Notes: a model not told the origin generated them from the sequence alone. DNA of 59,710 nt from a virus (IMGVR_UViG_3300022917_000001:1-59710); one strand, 5' to 3'. Shown: positions 36,736 through 46,470, counted from the first letter of the stretch. Numbers and translations are program-made.

Positions 36736-37181
36736 CAGCAGTCCCGGCGCTCGAAGTCGTCCTCCCGGTCGACCAGCACCGGCTTGCGCAGCACGTGCGG
36801 CAGGGCGTCGTCGACCATCTCGATCGACACCGGCCCGGACCGCAATCCGAGGCGCCGCCGATCGTCGCGGGTGAGGTACAGCTTCCCGCTGGCCACCGTC
36901 TGGTCGACCGTGACCGCGAACGGCCCGGCCGTCTGCGAACTCGCGCCCGCAGTGTTGCGGCGGACCCGCAGCACCATGTCGCACACGACCATCCGCACCA
37001 GCTTCGCGGTCGTGCGACCTGCGGCGATGTGCGCGGCCAAGTCCCGGTTGCGCACATAGCCCGCGATGATTTCCTCTGCGTTGTCCAGCTTTCGCTGCAG
37101 GTGCGCGTCGAGACTGTCGGGCAGGTCGCCCTCGAACTCGGCGCGAAGGTCTGCCAGGGAGGCGTACGTCGACACGATCAA
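36732..37181 (-). CDS. Head-to-tail adaptor
   Basis: YASLADL, MVLRVRRN..QTAGPF. Confidence 0.85.
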   Translation of the reverse strand: MIVSTYASLADLRAEFEGDLPDSLDAHLQRKLDNAEEIIAGYVRNRDLAAHIAAGRTTAKLVRMVVCDMVLRVRRNTAGASSQTAGPFAVTVDQTVASGKLYLTRDDRRRLGLRSGPVSIEMVDDALPHVLRKPVLVDREDDFERRDCW

Positions 37182-37203
37182 CCTCCCTGGCAGACGAGCA
37201 CGG

Positions 37204-37467
37204 TCAGGACGAGAGCGGCTTCCACGCCTTGCGCGTGTCGTCCGCCGCCGACGACGGAGGCGTGTCGTTCGCCTTCGCCGTGCCGCCGGTGACCCCTGCG
37301 ACGGTGTAGTCGTCGTTGTTCTTCTCCGGGTGCACCTGGCCGATGTACCCGTGCTCCGTGCCGTCCTCCGGAGCGACGTAGTTCGGGGCCGCAGACTCGG
37401 CTGCCTTCGCCGTGCCGCCGTCCTTCGCGGGCTCGGCTGCCTTGTCGGTACTGCGCTGCGTTGCCAT
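37204..37467 (-). CDS. Small capsid-region protein (87 aa)
   Basis: GYIG..NDDYTVAGV; AGAGGA RBS. Confidence 0.65.
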   Translation of the reverse strand: MATQRSTDKAAEPAKDGGTAKAAESAAPNYVAPEDGTEHGYIGQVHPEKNNDDYTVAGVTGGTAKANDTPPSSAADDTRKAWKPLSS

Positions 37468-37481
37468 CAGGACAGGTCCTC

Positions 37482-37892
37482 TCAGCTCGACGCCGTGCGG
37501 GACAGGGTCACCCTGGCGAGACCGCCGGGGTCGGCGATACCGGTGCCGACCGCAACCGACCGCCACTGCAGGACGTCGCCCTCGGCCACCAGCAGGTCCG
37601 CCGCGGTGGCGGACAGCGGGATCGTCTTCTGGTCGTTCGCCGCCGCGTTGACCCCGGACGCGAAGTTCAGGGTCGCGATGACCGTGGTCCCCGCACCGGC
37701 CTGGCCCTTGTTGACCAGGCTGACGGTGCGGTTGTTGGTCGCCGCACCGGTGATCGCGGACTCGGGGATGTACTCCACCGCCGTCACGGTCCCCCCGAAG
37801 GGAGCTTGCGTGAGCACGGTGTCGTCGGAGTTGCCCGCCGTCGACACCGCGGGGACATCGGCCTCGATCGGCCGGACGAAAGGTGCGCTCAT
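37482..37892 (-). CDS. Putative capsid decoration protein
   Basis: 136 aa beta-rich, right after capsid gene. Confidence 0.7.
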   Translation of the reverse strand: MSAPFVRPIEADVPAVSTAGNSDDTVLTQAPFGGTVTAVEYIPESAITGAATNNRTVSLVNKGQAGAGTTVIATLNFASGVNAAANDQKTIPLSATAADLLVAEGDVLQWRSVAVGTGIADPGGLARVTLSRTASS

Positions 37893-37912
37893 GATCGCTG
37901 TGTCTCCTACGC

Positions 37913-38869
37913 TCAGAAGATCATGGCCGCAGCGGGGTACCGCGTGGCCTCGGTCGGGTTGTCGTCGTTCAGGGTGTTCGCGACCTGCCAGCCCACACGG
38001 AACTTGACCCGCATCGCGACCATGTCCTGCTGCGCCAGGTTGAACACGATCGCGCCCGTGTTGTCCTGGATCACGGCCTGGTCGAGCATCTTGAAGCTGA
38101 TGTCCTCGCGGACACCGACCACGAACTCGTTGCGGAAGTCCCCGGCGAACATGCGCACGTTCGTACCCGCGCCGCCGCTGGTGCCCCACGCGCCCCGCAT
38201 CGGGTACGCGATCGGCGCGCCGTCGATGGTCGCCAGGTCACCGCCCACGCGGCCGACGTCGAGCTTGCGGCCCTGCGTGTCACGCGCGGCCCGCAGCTTC
38301 CGGCGGGCACCACGGGACGCGACGAACCCGGTGACGTCGAATCCGTCCTCCTCGACCGCGCCGATGAGGTTGTCCAGGTCGCCCATGTAGCCGCCCGCGG
38401 CGGCCGTGGCCGTGCCCTCGGTGACCGTGTTGCCCGCGGCGATCGCCGCGGCCAGGACGTTCGTCGGGAACGACGACGGGGCGTTGCTGCCGAAGAACAC
38501 CGCCGTGTCCAACGCCTTGTGGAACGCCTCGACGATGTAGGGCTCCGAGGTGTCCCAGATGTCCATGTCCATGTCCGCGACCACGTTCTCGGGGACCGGC
38601 ATGATGATCGCCAGCTCCTCGATGGTCATGTACTTGTTGTTCCACGCCATCTCGGTGGTCTGCTTGAGGCCGGTGTCGCCGGTGACCCACTGCGCGACGG
38701 GCAGCGCCGACAGGATCGGGAAGCGGACCTGCTTGCGCGACACGGGGATGCGGCGGAACAGGTCGAGCACCGCGGAGCCCTGCGTGTCCTTGCCGAGCAT
38801 CTCCCGCGAGACCTCTTCGGGGATCGTCGCCTCGACGTCTCCGCGGGTCGTGATGTTGTTGTACGGCAC
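37913..38869 (-). CDS. Major capsid protein (HK97 fold)
   Basis: EELAIIMPVPE, NLAQQDMVAMR. Confidence 0.95.
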   Translation of the reverse strand: MPYNNITTRGDVEATIPEEVSREMLGKDTQGSAVLDLFRRIPVSRKQVRFPILSALPVAQWVTGDTGLKQTTEMAWNNKYMTIEELAIIMPVPENVVADMDMDIWDTSEPYIVEAFHKALDTAVFFGSNAPSSFPTNVLAAAIAAGNTVTEGTATAAAGGYMGDLDNLIGAVEEDGFDVTGFVASRGARRKLRAARDTQGRKLDVGRVGGDLATIDGAPIAYPMRGAWGTSGGAGTNVRMFAGDFRNEFVVGVREDISFKMLDQAVIQDNTGAIVFNLAQQDMVAMRVKFRVGWQVANTLNDDNPTEATRYPAAAMIF

Positions 38870-38919
38870 GGTCTACCTCCAGATTCTGCGCACAGCGGTC
38901 CGGCCGTGCCGCTGGCTGA

Positions 38920-39528
38920 TCAGCCGATCCCGACGGAACGTCGGATCAGCGCGTTCATGTCCGAGGGGGCCTTACTGCCCGTCTTCCCTTGGTCGGGGTC
39001 GGGCGTGGGCCGTCCTGCGGCCTTGCGGAGGGCGCCGACGATGCGAGCGATCGCTTTCTCGTCGGGGTCGCCGTCCTTGAGCAGGCGTTTCGGGTCGAGC
39101 TCGTCGAGGAGTTCCTTGACGTCGTCCGCCTTGATGCCCGCATCGGCGAGCCCGGAACGGACGTCGGCGAGCGCGAGCCGCTCGGCGCGCTTGGCGTCCC
39201 GCTCGTCACGGGCGGCCTGCTCCTGCTTCAGCTCCTCGACCTGCTCCTGCAGCGTCTTGGCCTGGTCGGCAGCGCCCTTGTTCTCCTTGGCACGCTGCTC
39301 CCACGTGCGGGAGTGGTCGAGCTTCTTCTTCAGCTCGGTGACGCTCAGCCCCGTCTCGGCGGCGAACGCCTTCCACTCCGCCGAGCCCCAGTCGTCCGTC
39401 GTGGTCGTGGTGGTGGTTCCCGTTCCGGTCCCCGCCGCGCCCGACCCATCGGTCACTGTGCTCGTGGTCGTGTCGGTGCCTGCCTGGCCGCCGTCTGCGG
39501 GCGCGCCAGTACCAGCGTCACTGCTCAT
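38920..39528 (-). CDS. Scaffolding protein
   Basis: HSRTWEQRAKEN, coiled coil, DMNALIRR. Confidence 0.88.
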   Translation of the reverse strand: MSSDAGTGAPADGGQAGTDTTTSTVTDGSGAAGTGTGTTTTTTTDDWGSAEWKAFAAETGLSVTELKKKLDHSRTWEQRAKENKGAADQAKTLQEQVEELKQEQAARDERDAKRAERLALADVRSGLADAGIKADDVKELLDELDPKRLLKDGDPDEKAIARIVGALRKAAGRPTPDPDQGKTGSKAPSDMNALIRRSVGIG

Positions 39529-39535
39529 TGGTGTG

Positions 39536-39569
39536 CTCCCGTTTCGGGATGGACCGCGCCCGTTCCGGG
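39536..39569 (-). promoter_or_regulatory. Twin-hairpin leader motif over scaffold RBS
   Basis: 31/34 identical to 44157-44190. Confidence 0.7.
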
Positions 39570-39580
39570 CACGGAGGCTT

Positions 39581-40384
39581 CTAGGAGGCGAGATCCGCCT
39601 GGGCGGTGAACCGGTCACGCGGCCGCACCAGCAGCGGCCCCAACTCGCCGTGCTCCGGGGTCATCTGCACCAGCAGATCCCGGTAGTCCGGGGCCCGGCC
39701 GCCGCGGTCCGCCTGCCCGGTCAGTTGCTCGACTGCGGTGTGGACCTGCTCCAGCAGTTCCGGCGCGATCACCTGGCCAGGGTCGCGGCCGAAGATCGGC
39801 GACACGAAGCAGTCGCAGTTGCCGTGGATCGGGTTCAGGTCCTCGACCGTGTACCGCTGGGTCGACGCGAGCACGCACAACCCGCAGTTCTCCAGCCCGG
39901 ACAGCTCCCGACGCCAGAACCGCGGACGCGCATGCGTGGGCAGGCCGCGCATGGCCGCGCGCGAAGCGCGCGCGTAGGTCTGCTGCAGGTCCATCTCGGC
40001 GATCTCGCCCAGCCGCACCTCGCCGAGCCGGATGGCCTCGGTGAGCGACTTGCCCTGCGACAGCGCGTTGTAGATCGTCACGAACGGCCGCCTGTACACC
40101 TCGGCGACGTCGATCCCGGCCCTCAGGTCGACCGCGTCACCCGCGGGGATACCGGGAGGGCCGACCGGGCGCCGCAGCGCCGCACCGGCCTGCTCAGCGG
40201 TGAACGCCGCGACCAGAGCCGCCAGCGCCTGCTGGGTGCCGCCGACCAGCGGCACCACCTGCGCTACGAACCGGTCAGCGTCCCGATCCCGCCACGACCC
40301 GAGCCCGGTGAACAGCTTCACCAGCGTCGCGACGAGCCGGATCGACATCGTCCGGCGCGTTCGCGCGAACTGGTCCGGGGTCAC
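39581..40384 (-). CDS. Minor head / capsid maturation protein (MuF-like)
   Basis: WRR..CGLCVLAS..PIHGNCDC; HGELGP. Confidence 0.85.
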   Translation of the reverse strand: MTPDQFARTRRTMSIRLVATLVKLFTGLGSWRDRDADRFVAQVVPLVGGTQQALAALVAAFTAEQAGAALRRPVGPPGIPAGDAVDLRAGIDVAEVYRRPFVTIYNALSQGKSLTEAIRLGEVRLGEIAEMDLQQTYARASRAAMRGLPTHARPRFWRRELSGLENCGLCVLASTQRYTVEDLNPIHGNCDCFVSPIFGRDPGQVIAPELLEQVHTAVEQLTGQADRGGRAPDYRDLLVQMTPEHGELGPLLVRPRDRFTAQADLAS

Positions 40385-41850
40385 GGCGTGGCCGGTTCAC
40401 CCGGCGCCTGGAACGCGGGCGGCTGCGGAGCGGCCGGTTGAGGCGCAGGGGCAGACGACGGCGGAGCGGCGAACGCGGCCATTGCCGACGCCGACGCCAT
40501 CTCCGACCGCAACCGATCCACCCGTTGCGGAGACCAGCCGACCTCTTCCACCGCCATCGGCAGCGGAATCCCCGCGTCCTTCATCTTCGACAGGTAGTCG
40601 CCGATCTGGGACGGCACGAAGTTCTCCGGCCGCGCCCACACCATCTCGCTGTCCGACAGGTCCCGGTCCAGTTCGGCGGCGAGCGCCATGAGCTGCAGCA
40701 CCTCTTCGAGGCCTTCGCCCCACAGTGCGCTGTTCTGCCGCACCTGGGCGTTGTGCCCCGCGTCCAGAGCGGCGATCGCCTCCGCGCCGATGTTCGTGAT
40801 GTCGCCTGGCAGGTAGTAGACCGGCGTCAACGTGACCGCGGCGAACGCCCGCATGTCCGACTCGACACCACGCAACATCCCCGACGTGTCGGTCTGCTGC
40901 AGCTGCACCAGTTGGATAGCGGGGTCGCCGGGCTCGTCCGGCGGCGGGATCGTGCCGATCTGCGTGACACCGGGCTTCCACGGCGCGATCGGCTCGCCCG
41001 TCACCGGGTCCTCATCGACCTTGTAGTTCAACAGGATCGCTTGACGGAACGCCGCGTACCGCTCGGACGACAACCGGTTGAGCAGGGTCAGGTTCAGCCG
41101 GTTCTGGTCGTCGATTCCGGCGTCGAACGCGGAGACCGGCTCGTCGCCCTCGTCGCCGTTGAGGAACCCGATGACCGGCACGCCGCGGAGGGTTTTGCCT
41201 TCCGGCTCGCGTTCCTCCCAGTCCTCGGGTTTGAACGAGATCCTGCCGCCCGCGCGTTTCTTCCCGACCTGCTGCCTCGACTGCCAGTGCAGCCGCCGAC
41301 CAGGCCCGGTGTCCGTCGTGCCGAGCAGGTAGAGGGTGGCCATCCACCGCTTCGCGATGTCGTCGTGCCACAGCCGCAGCGCCGCCAACCGCCGGCTCGA
41401 GTCAGCCGGGTCGGTCTCGACGATCACCGTCTCCGGACCCTCGATCGTGACCCGCGGCTTCTTCGACACCTTCGGGTCCACGCCGACGATCACATACGCG
41501 CCCGAGCGGGAGTAGGCCTTGCGCCAGATCCCGAACTGGCGAGCGTCCAGGCGTTGCCGCTGCCACAGCTTCCACACCGGGTCCGGTTCGCTGGACGTCC
41601 ACGCCGGGTCGCGAAACCCGATCGCGTTCGTCCGATGCACCCGTGACTCCACGCACAGCTTGCACAGGTTCGTGCGCGCCATCTTCTGGAACCGTCGGTA
41701 GGCCGCCGCGTGCTGGTTCGGGCCTGCGGGGAGGTCGTGGTTGCCGTCGTAGTAGCGGCGCCAGAACCGGACTGCCGGTTGCCGGTCGATCAGCTTCTGA
41801 CCCAGGCGAGCCAGCCACTCGAACGGCTCCAGGTCGGCGGCCTCAGCCAA
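40381..41850 (-). CDS. Portal protein (SPP1 gp6-like)
   Basis: YYDGNH, RTNLCKLCV, ERYAAFRQ; TTG start after AAGGGGG. Confidence 0.93.
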   Translation of the reverse strand: MAEAADLEPFEWLARLGQKLIDRQPAVRFWRRYYDGNHDLPAGPNQHAAAYRRFQKMARTNLCKLCVESRVHRTNAIGFRDPAWTSSEPDPVWKLWQRQRLDARQFGIWRKAYSRSGAYVIVGVDPKVSKKPRVTIEGPETVIVETDPADSSRRLAALRLWHDDIAKRWMATLYLLGTTDTGPGRRLHWQSRQQVGKKRAGGRISFKPEDWEEREPEGKTLRGVPVIGFLNGDEGDEPVSAFDAGIDDQNRLNLTLLNRLSSERYAAFRQAILLNYKVDEDPVTGEPIAPWKPGVTQIGTIPPPDEPGDPAIQLVQLQQTDTSGMLRGVESDMRAFAAVTLTPVYYLPGDITNIGAEAIAALDAGHNAQVRQNSALWGEGLEEVLQLMALAAELDRDLSDSEMVWARPENFVPSQIGDYLSKMKDAGIPLPMAVEEVGWSPQRVDRLRSEMASASAMAAFAAPPSSAPAPQPAAPQPPAFQAPGEPATP

Positions 41851-41883
41851 CAGGCCACCCCCTTGGATCACGTGTGGTGGTGG

Positions 41884-43560
41884 TCAGAACGCTGCCGACC
41901 TGCGCTTCTTGCGGGGCCGGTTCAGGCCCTTGGCCACCGCGTCGCCGCGGCACTGAAATGCGAGAACCGCCGCCATCGCCGCATCGATCTTCTTCGGCGA
42001 CTTCGCGTACTCCTTACCGATCGTGACGCCGACCTTCCCCGCCAGCCTCCGCCGCGCGTGCAGCACGTGCTGCGTCAGCACCATGTCGCCGCTGTGCGAG
42101 GCCTGCTTCGACTTCACCGCCTCGTACAAGCGAGAGACCGCCTGAACCACCGCGGACGGCCGGGTCGTCCACCACTCGATCGGCTTCGCTTGCGTCGCCC
42201 GCACACGCATCCGGCGGCCGTACAACGACCCCCAGCGGTCCACGTAGGTCTGCCAGTACGGCGGATCCGCGTAGAACCCCACGACCTCGTACCGCTTCAT
42301 CACGGCTGCCACCGCGGCGTCGACAACCTCGCCGTCGACACTCCAGTCTTTGCCCGCCGGACCGACAGGCTTCTGCCAGATCGTCGGTGCGCCGTCGTAC
42401 TCAGGGACGAACAGGTGCCCGTCAGAGACGCGGCACGCAACCAGCGCGGTGGAGTCCTCGCTGACCGCACCGTCGAAGCCGAGCACGATCCGTTCGCCGT
42501 CGAGCACGTGGATCGTGGTGTCCCTGACCGCTTCCCACTTCTCGACCGGCATCCACGCATCGCCAGCGGACGTGCGCGCGTTGAGGAAGAACCGGCGCGA
42601 GTCCTCAGGGTCTTTCCGCGGGTCGTAGAACTCGTCGACGGTGCCGTCGAGGTCGTTCCACTCGATCGTCTCGCCGAACGCTTCGAGGATCGCCGCGCGC
42701 AGCATGTCCTCGGCGGAGAGGTCGTCGCACTCGCCCCACCGGTGGTCGTACAGCAACCGCTGCCGCCGCGCCCGGCCCTGCGCGATCGCTTCCGCGAGGG
42801 TGTAGGTGTTCTCCGCCACCGAGTCCTCGCCCGGCGCGAACATCGTCGTCGTCTCCAGGTACCAAGTGCCCGCGGTCTTCTTTCGCTTCCGCAGGTTCCG
42901 GGTGACTGTGTTGTACATGCGCCGCAGCTCAGGCTGGTTGTACAGGTGCGTTTCGTCGAAGACGACGAAGGTCTCCAGGCCACCGTCCTTCGACGCGCTG
43001 CTCGCGGTGGACGGGAGGATCTCTCCGCCGTCGGGCAAGTTCGTGCGGGTCAAGCCCGCGTCCGCGCCCACCGCAGACAGTGGCGCGTCCTCGTCCGTCA
43101 GGTTGTAGAAGATCGAGTCGTAGACGTTCCCGGTCTGGCCCTCCTCAGTGGCCATCGCCCGGATCATCGGGTTCTTGACGTGCCGACCCATCGGCTCGCC
43201 CGGCTCGTACACGTACCGGAACCCCAGGCCCCACGGGTCCTCGTAGACCTCGCCACCCTGCGCCCAACCAGCGAACCGGCACGGCCCCAACGCCTCGAAC
43301 AGGCCGAAGCGCGCGCCGAGCCCGGACTTGTCCGCACCCTTCGGCCTCGAGTAGAACGCCGAGTCGTACGACATGCGGCCGTTCTCGTCCAGCGCGTAGC
43401 AGTCCGCGATGAACCCGGCCACCTCGTCGCCGTGCGAGACGGCCATCCCGGCGGCGTCACCGCGGCCGTGGACGACGAAGAACTCCATCCACGCGTTCGC
43501 CAGCCAGCCGAGGGACCGCATCCGGTCGTGGCCTGGAGCCCGCACCAGCGTGCGGGGCAC
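41884..43560 (-). CDS. Terminase large subunit
   Basis: RPKGADKS, FDETH, GFDG..DSTAL, KIDAAMA. Confidence 0.96.
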   Translation of the reverse strand: MPRTLVRAPGHDRMRSLGWLANAWMEFFVVHGRGDAAGMAVSHGDEVAGFIADCYALDENGRMSYDSAFYSRPKGADKSGLGARFGLFEALGPCRFAGWAQGGEVYEDPWGLGFRYVYEPGEPMGRHVKNPMIRAMATEEGQTGNVYDSIFYNLTDEDAPLSAVGADAGLTRTNLPDGGEILPSTASSASKDGGLETFVVFDETHLYNQPELRRMYNTVTRNLRKRKKTAGTWYLETTTMFAPGEDSVAENTYTLAEAIAQGRARRQRLLYDHRWGECDDLSAEDMLRAAILEAFGETIEWNDLDGTVDEFYDPRKDPEDSRRFFLNARTSAGDAWMPVEKWEAVRDTTIHVLDGERIVLGFDGAVSEDSTALVACRVSDGHLFVPEYDGAPTIWQKPVGPAGKDWSVDGEVVDAAVAAVMKRYEVVGFYADPPYWQTYVDRWGSLYGRRMRVRATQAKPIEWWTTRPSAVVQAVSRLYEAVKSKQASHSGDMVLTQHVLHARRRLAGKVGVTIGKEYAKSPKKIDAAMAAVLAFQCRGDAVAKGLNRPRKKRRSAAF

Positions 43561-43566
43561 CGCGGG

Positions 43567-44148
43567 CTACCCGGACAGCCGCTGGCGACGCGACGCGATG
43601 TCCGTGACCGGCGCCGTGCTGGGCTCGGTCGGCTTCACCGCCTGCTGCACGGCCGGGGCGATCTCCCAGCGGAGCCGCAGCAACGCCATCGGCGACAACC
43701 CGAGCCGGTCAGCGTGCTGACGGGCCTCCCGCGCGTGGTCCAGGTCGCCGTTCTCCGCGAGCACCTTGTGCCGCACGAACTGCGCCACCTCGCGCGCCCA
43801 CCGCAGCAGATGCCACTGGGCGGCCTGCGGCGTCCGCCACAACTCCCGCCACAGTGCGACCTCGGCGTCATGCTGGATCTCCACGACGTGCTCCAGAACG
43901 ACAACCTTCTCCTTGGCGCGAGTGAGCGCGCTCTCGGAGACGTTCAGGCCCTCGTCGCGCTTCCACTCCAACTCGGATAGCTTCTCGCGCGCGACCTGGA
44001 GCTTCGCCTGCGTGACGATGTCCGTGCCGAGCGGCCATTCAGGGGCCTTGCCCCTGAAGCCCTCGCCGGGCAGTTGGGTGATACCGGGCGTCGCGTTCCG
44101 CCTGCGCCGCGCTGCCGCGTCCTTCGGCGGTGGTCCCATTCCAGCCAT
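43567..44148 (-). CDS. Terminase small subunit
   Basis: GPPPK..RRN, LWRTPQA..W, LGLSPMALLRLRW. Confidence 0.9.
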   Translation of the reverse strand: MAGMGPPPKDAAARRRRNATPGITQLPGEGFRGKAPEWPLGTDIVTQAKLQVAREKLSELEWKRDEGLNVSESALTRAKEKVVVLEHVVEIQHDAEVALWRELWRTPQAAQWHLLRWAREVAQFVRHKVLAENGDLDHAREARQHADRLGLSPMALLRLRWEIAPAVQQAVKPTEPSTAPVTDIASRRQRLSG

Positions 44149-44156
44149 CGTGATCA

Positions 44157-44190
44157 CTCCCGTTTCGGGATGCAGCGCACCCCGTTCCGG
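44157..44190 (-). promoter_or_regulatory. Twin-hairpin leader motif over terS RBS
   Basis: CCCGGAACGGG-N7-CATCCCGAAACGGGAG. Confidence 0.7.
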
Positions 44191-44196
44191 GAGGCG

Positions 44197-44751
44197 CTAG
44201 GTCAACAGCCAGTCCAGAACCCCGGACAGGTCCGCCAACGTTGAGGGGCAGCGGCCGAACCGCGTGCCGGTGACCGCGATGAAGCGGCCGGTGCCGTAGC
44301 ACTCCACGCCGTCCAACCGGCGCCCGTGCTCAACCCGTCCGCGCCCCCACACGTGCAGGCCCGTCCCCGACTGCGAAATCTCGGTGTACGTACTCGGGCA
44401 GCGCGCCAGGATCTCCCGGCCGCGCGCCGTCAGCGCGCCGTCGACGAGGCAGTGGTCAAGGTCTAGGCAGATGATGCCGTCGCCGTTCAGGACGAACCCG
44501 CGGCGCGGCAGCGGCTTCACCGCCGAGAACGGCGACCAGGTGGCCGGGTCGGTCGACTTCGCCGGACGCCCCTTCGGGGTCAACGGCACCTTCGACGGCG
44601 AATGCGTCACCCACCGGTCCAGCCCGCGCAGTCGCGCCGGGATCGAGTTCCGGTGCGCCCGCGCGCGACACGCACCGGAGCAGAACCGCGCGTGCGCCCG
44701 AGCCGTCACCGGCAGGTCGCTCCCGCACTGCTCGCAAGGCCGTCGCTGCAT
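44197..44751 (-). CDS. Zn-finger + minimal primase-polymerase (NrS-1-like AEP) domain
   Basis: CEQC..FCSGAC; STDPATWS, CLDLDHC, EISQSGTGLH, RFIAVTG. Confidence 0.82.
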   Translation of the reverse strand: MQRRPCEQCGSDLPVTARAHARFCSGACRARAHRNSIPARLRGLDRWVTHSPSKVPLTPKGRPAKSTDPATWSPFSAVKPLPRRGFVLNGDGIICLDLDHCLVDGALTARGREILARCPSTYTEISQSGTGLHVWGRGRVEHGRRLDGVECYGTGRFIAVTGTRFGRCPSTLADLSGVLDWLLT

Positions 44752-44988
44752 GGCCCAAGTCTACCGGCCGCGTACGTTTTTAGGTCGCTGAGCAGGTAGA
44801 ACGCAGGTCTCGATCCGATGACCGGCTCAGTGTCCGCCTGCTGTCGACGGGGATCAAAACGCGGCATCCTAGGCCCGACGGGTGGCTGATTCGGTGCCTC
44901 AACCCCAGGTATCGCGCCCCAGAGCGGAATCCCCAGACCCGTACGCACCGCGAGGCCCAGCAACTTCCCGGTAATCCGGGGTGGTACC

Positions 44989-45007
44989 CCAGGGGGGACC
45001 CCCCTGG
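44989..45007. repeat. Palindrome in candidate cos/packaging region
   Basis: CCAGGGGGG-A-CCCCCCTGG. Confidence 0.6.
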
Positions 45008-45013
45008 TAGGGA

Positions 45014-45781
45014 CTACCCGATGAGCGCGAGTTGATCTCCTGTGAGCCTGTCGCCCTTGCGTGAGTTGCACAGGAAGTGTGCTGCTTGGGCATTCACTGG
45101 TTCGTGGGTGCCGCCCTGTGCCAACGGGATGATGTGGTCCACGGTGGGTGCGAGCGGATGCGGTACGACGACGTCTCGCTTGAGCTTCTTCGTGCACAGC
45201 TTGCAGCGCCAGCCGTCGCGTTCATAGATCTGCTCGGGGCTGACGTTGGCTACGAACTGTCCGCGCTTGCAAGCGTCGCGTCTGCTGCTGTGTGCCCGTT
45301 GCTTGCAGACCAGCGTGCAGTATCGCTGGCCTTGGCGTTGTGCGAAGTAGGTCGAGTTGCACCGTACGCATGTGGCCTTGCGTGCGGCGTGTTGGTCGGG
45401 CAGTTGGGTTGATCGGCTCGGATGCCTGTCGGGTACTGGTGTGCTTGGCCAGGTGCCGTGGTTGAGGTACTGCTTGCACCTACCGCTGCATGCTGTACGC
45501 CGATAACTGGTGTGGTGTCCGCGCTCTACCTCTGTGCCGCAGACGATGCATGCGGTGACCTTGCGCTGTTGCTCGCGCCATGTGGCCATGTAGTTGGCCC
45601 GCTGGGCTGCGCTGTCCTTCACCTGCTGGGCGATCCTGCCGTCGGCCTTGCGCTGGGCGTTGTAGCCGCGGCTTGCGCAGAGGGGCGTGCAGTACTTCGC
45701 CTTGCTGGTGCGTGAGCTGAAGGGCGTACTGCACATGGTGCAGATGCACGTCTTGAGCGGTGAGGCTTTAGGCTTGGTCAC
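45014..45781 (-). CDS. HNH endonuclease with multiple Zn fingers
   Basis: IYERDGWRCKLC, TVDHIIPLAQGGTH..N..AHFLCNSRK. Confidence 0.92.
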   Translation of the reverse strand: MTKPKASPLKTCICTMCSTPFSSRTSKAKYCTPLCASRGYNAQRKADGRIAQQVKDSAAQRANYMATWREQQRKVTACIVCGTEVERGHHTSYRRTACSGRCKQYLNHGTWPSTPVPDRHPSRSTQLPDQHAARKATCVRCNSTYFAQRQGQRYCTLVCKQRAHSSRRDACKRGQFVANVSPEQIYERDGWRCKLCTKKLKRDVVVPHPLAPTVDHIIPLAQGGTHEPVNAQAAHFLCNSRKGDRLTGDQLALIG

Positions 45782-45849
45782 GTCGGTCTGCTTTCATCAG
45801 ATCGGCCATGCCCCGGGAGTGTTAGCGCACTCGCCGGGGTCTGTTCATT

Positions 45850-46209
45850 CTACTTGGGACTGATCAGTCCGGGGTGTGGTTCGGTGGGTCTCTTGGTGCT
45901 GATGCGGACGCGTGCGGCGTTGCCTTGTTTGCTGCTGCGTCGGTCGTGGTGCCAGGAGCAGAGGGTGCGTGCGTTGTTGGGGCTGTGGTCGTGTGGGTCG
46001 CCGACGTGGTCGACGTCTGCTCCTCGCTCGCTGCACCTGTCGCTCAGCGCGTAGGCGCCTGCGAGGTAGGCAGGGAAGCCGCCGTCATCTTGGTTCTCGA
46101 GCCATGTGCATGCGTGGCCGTCGCGCTTGAGGACGGTGGGTCTGGTGTGCGCACGCCACTCGGGTGGGAGTTGGTCGCGTCTGTTGCTGTCTGCCCATCC
46201 GCCTGGCAT
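45850..46209 (-). CDS. Packaging-associated HNH endonuclease
   Basis: LPPEW..VLKRDGHAC, DVDH..DHS..N..LCSWHH. Confidence 0.85.
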   Translation of the reverse strand: MPGGWADSNRRDQLPPEWRAHTRPTVLKRDGHACTWLENQDDGGFPAYLAGAYALSDRCSERGADVDHVGDPHDHSPNNARTLCSWHHDRRSSKQGNAARVRISTKRPTEPHPGLISPK

Positions 46210-46216
46210 GGCTACC

Positions 46217-46468
46217 TCAGTCGATGTCTGCTGCCTGGCAGGCCGCCACTGCTGTGGACTGGAGTGCCTCGCAGCCCTGCACAGCGTCGTGGTCGAGTCG
46301 CTGTGGCCCTTCACTGCCGAGGATGAGCCAGGGGTACTGCTCGTCCATGTCGTTGACGGGAGCCCAGCGGATGGCGATCTCGCGGGGGTGGTTCCTGTTC
46401 TGCCAGCGTGGGAACACGACCAGCGTTCCGAGTGGTGCGGATGCGGGGTCGCTGAGCGGGTTGGCGAT
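46217..46468 (-). CDS. Hypothetical protein, apparent ATC start
   Basis: GAGGTAGCC leader followed by ATC; fills gap exactly. Confidence 0.5.
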   Translation of the reverse strand: MANPLSDPASAPLGTLVVFPRWQNRNHPREIAIRWAPVNDMDEQYPWLILGSEGPQRLDHDAVQGCEALQSTAVAACQAADID

Positions 46469-46470
46469 GG

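Noticed and set aside
38519-43980. 640-, 402- and 756-aa plus-strand ORFs
   Set aside because: Antisense shadows of head and terminase genes.
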